NCBI GenBank assembly: GCA_947475445.1 | Contig: CANJLC010000011.1 | Location: 83 to 64,082 of the forward strand | Source of the DNA: Alphaproteobacteria bacterium | GTDB taxonomy: Bacteria; Pseudomonadota; Alphaproteobacteria; Micropepsales; Micropepsaceae | DNA length: 64,000 nt | Direction of reading: 5' to 3' | Part shown: piece by piece, positions 62,263-64,000 of the stretch | Position numbering within the stretch: position 1 is the first letter of the stretch | Layout: every line of letters starts with the position of its first letter | Program-made: the position numbers and the translations under genes | The notes under the pieces: model-generated | Told to the model about the DNA's origin: nothing | Database searches by the model: none | What the model saw: only the letters and a program-made list of their open reading frames with translations

Positions 62263-62385
62263 TCAGGCGGCTTTGCGCGCGTCCTGGGCCTTGCCGAGGA
62301 CGCGCAAGACATTGCCGCTCCAGAAATTGGCCAGCTGCGCCTCGGTGTAACCGGCCTGATCCGCGTCAGCACCTTGAAATAAGCG
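62263..62385 (-). pseudogene. about 40-codon tail resembling the C-terminus of a dipeptidase/amidohydrolase
   Basis: The - strand reads RLFQGADADQAGYTEAQLANFWSGNVLRVLGKAQDARKAA-stop, matching the (G[YF]tE..i.ki.g.N.lRvl) ending. There is no upstream body; it starts directly after the TAG of the YkgJ-like gene, in the same frame. Confidence 0.3.
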
Positions 62386-63183
62386 CTAGATAAACGCCGC
62401 TGCAGCCTGAGCCATGCGGGCGATCTCGATCTCGATCTGCTCAGGAATGCTCGGCGGCAGCGTTTTAAAGCTTCCCAGCACGTCTTCGCCGCGCAGCCAG
62501 CGCTTTTCGGCATTGTCCTTTGACAGCACCGCCGCCAGCACGCCTCCATTGAGCTCATAGGCATGCGCCGGAAGCCTCAGCGCGCGCATCGCCGCCAGCA
62601 ATATCATGCGGCAGGCGTTGCGCTGGTCGTTATAGACCTGCGGCGATTGGATCTTCGGTTCCTGCATGTAGCGGAAAGCGCTGAGACAGTCGTTCACGTC
62701 CAGCGATACAAAGGCGTGGCAGGAGAGGGGGCGCGCGGAGTAGACGCTGCAACTATTGTCTTCCAGTAAGGGACATTCAAACCAATCTGCGATTTGCGTC
62801 TTGCGGCCTTCCGCCAAGGCGCCTGCGGACAGCACCTTTTGCGCCATGCCTTCGCGATTGCGGATATAGGCCGCCAGGAAAAAAATCTCCGGCGCATACA
62901 CCACCACGGGCTGGCGGCAGCAATGGGCGCAGCCCTGGCGGCAGGCCAGATGTTTTTCGGCCGCTGCGGGAATGGAACGGTCGAACAGCCCGTTGAGATG
63001 GCCAACGGCGCGCGCGCTGGGCGATGAAGTCTGGCGGTCCTTCAACAGCCGCACCGTATGGCGCAGATGCGCCTGTACCGCATTCAGGTCCTGGGACAGC
63101 GGCAGCGTCAGGTAGCGCGCATCCTGCCGTTCCAGGGCGTCACGCTGGGCCTTGGAAAGGGAAGTGTTCAAAAAGGTCTCCAT
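62386..63183 (-). CDS. YkgJ/UPF0153-like Cys-cluster protein
   Basis: LACRQGCAHCCRQP cluster plus downstream CPLL...CSVY...CHAF. 265 aa. Confidence 0.6.
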   Translation of the reverse strand: METFLNTSLSKAQRDALERQDARYLTLPLSQDLNAVQAHLRHTVRLLKDRQTSSPSARAVGHLNGLFDRSIPAAAEKHLACRQGCAHCCRQPVVVYAPEIFFLAAYIRNREGMAQKVLSAGALAEGRKTQIADWFECPLLEDNSCSVYSARPLSCHAFVSLDVNDCLSAFRYMQEPKIQSPQVYNDQRNACRMILLAAMRALRLPAHAYELNGGVLAAVLSKDNAEKRWLRGEDVLGSFKTLPPSIPEQIEIEIARMAQAAAAFI

Positions 63184-63459
63184 GAGCTGGCTGATGCTGG
63201 CGGACTGACGGGCAGGATGTGCACATTATTCAATTGTTGATATTATAATAATCTACCGATTACTCACTTGGTCCGCGAGCTGGCCCCAGGGTCAACGGCC
63301 AGTCAGGCGGGATATTACACCGCCAAGAAAAAATCTGCCTCTAGGGAGCGAAAAAGGCGGGGTGCGCATCTCTCCAGCCCTGGACCAGAGCGGCGAATGC
63401 GTGGCAGGGCCAAGCCCGGCGCTGGAAAATTCGAAAATCGGAACCCGGTCTAAAGCAAG

Positions 63460-63633
63460 TTAAGGCCTCTCGGCCTTATCCCGGCTCATCCAGGCGTAAT
63501 AGGCCCAGATGGTGAAGATGCCGAGAAAGCCGGTGGTCAAATTACCCTTTGCTTGGTTGAAGTAATAGATTCCTGCTTCAATGATGGCGAAGCCGATGAA
63601 ATATGGCTATTTGCTAAGCACAAAATTCATCAT
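63460..63633 (-). pseudogene. small two-TM protein with in-frame TAG at codon 9
   Basis: AAGGAG-N7-ATG ATG AAT TTT GTG CTT AGC AAA TAG CCA..., i.e. MMNFVLSK*PYFIGFAIIEAGIYYFNQAKGNLTTGFLGIFTIWAYYAWMSRDKAERP-TAA. The stop lies within the hairpin AAGGCC-GAGA-GGCCTT. Confidence 0.5.
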
Positions 63634-63645
63634 AAAAGCGCTCCT

Positions 63646-63909
63646 TCACAAGCTTTCATGGCTACCGTCGCAAAAGGGCTTTGTGCCGGTCTGCTTGCAG
63701 CCGCAAAGCTCCACAGTGGTCGTTTCCGTGGCTTTGTAGGCCAACGGTTCATAGGCGGTGGTTTTGTGCGATCCGTCGCAGAAAGGCTGTTTCTTGGAAA
63801 GCCCGCAGGAGCACCACCAATAGGTCTTTCCGGCCACGACATTGACCAAGTAAGGCGCCTTCTGAGCGACATTTGGCATCGGCGGCTGCAGTTCATCGGG
63901 GTTGCTCAT
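63646..63909 (-). CDS. CDGSH iron-sulfur domain protein (two CDGSH motifs)
   Basis: WWCSCGLSKKQPFCDGSHK and CGCKQTGTKPFCDGSHE. Confidence 0.8.
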   Translation of the reverse strand: MSNPDELQPPMPNVAQKAPYLVNVVAGKTYWWCSCGLSKKQPFCDGSHKTTAYEPLAYKATETTTVELCGCKQTGTKPFCDGSHESL

Positions 63910-64000
63910 TCAGCCGGCACCGTGTCGGAGGCTTGCTGTTTGCCTCTAATGGCAGCAAAAAAAACGCCAAGCACGGGTATCATGACGTAACGGTAATATC
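63906..64000 (-). CDS. 3' end of a membrane-protein gene (5' end outside window) or a 25-aa peptide
   Basis: Open to the window edge: YYRYVMIPVLGVFFAAIRGKQQASDTVPAE-TGA. ATGA overlap with the CDGSH start. Confidence 0.3.
   Translation of the reverse strand, partial: YYRYVMIPVLGVFFAAIRGKQQASDTVPAE

Noticed and set aside
63268-63453. 61-aa + strand ORF, and a possible SRP/6S-like RNA, in the spacer between the YkgJ-like and small-membrane genes.
   Set aside because: The ORF product is a basic low-complexity string without an RBS. I could not find SRP domain IV (GGAAGCAGC-like) or 6S hallmarks by eye. The spacer remains simply unexplained.

Overview
GC-rich bacterial chromosome segment, almost certainly alphaproteobacterial. 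Supporting this: a PopZ-like gene next to valS, an F1-only atpHAGDC operon, glyQ-glyS-ppdK, a NadQ-type regulator near nadABC, and ETF-QO. About 75 coding regions are tightly packed and most are conserved housekeeping genes: sdhCDA and a separate sdhB, atpHAGDC, nadABC, glyQS, ppdK, valS, ilvD, ispE, rpe, cysE, queCE and queDF, amtB-glnK, plus tRNA-Asn and tRNA-Cys. I found no CRISPR array, transposase, integrase, phage module or intact defence system, and I cannot point to a clear novel system. The observations most worth a second look are: (1) three otherwise intact-looking genes each interrupted by an in-frame TAG, plus three short gene relics (TonB-receptor tail, HerA-like ATPase C-terminal half, dipeptidase-like tail), suggesting ongoing decay of accessory genes; (2) a translationally coupled tauE-HD-phosphatase-nadQ operon upstream of an ArsR-SRPBCC-VOC-SRPBCC operon and nadABC, with two near-identical palindromes in front of nadA that look like NadQ operators; (3) sdhB uncoupled from sdhCDA; (4) a relic-rich block abutting the 3' end of tRNA-Asn; (5) a visibly lower-GC end segment carrying YkgJ-like and CDGSH genes. 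All family calls come from motifs read in the supplied translations; no database search was possible.
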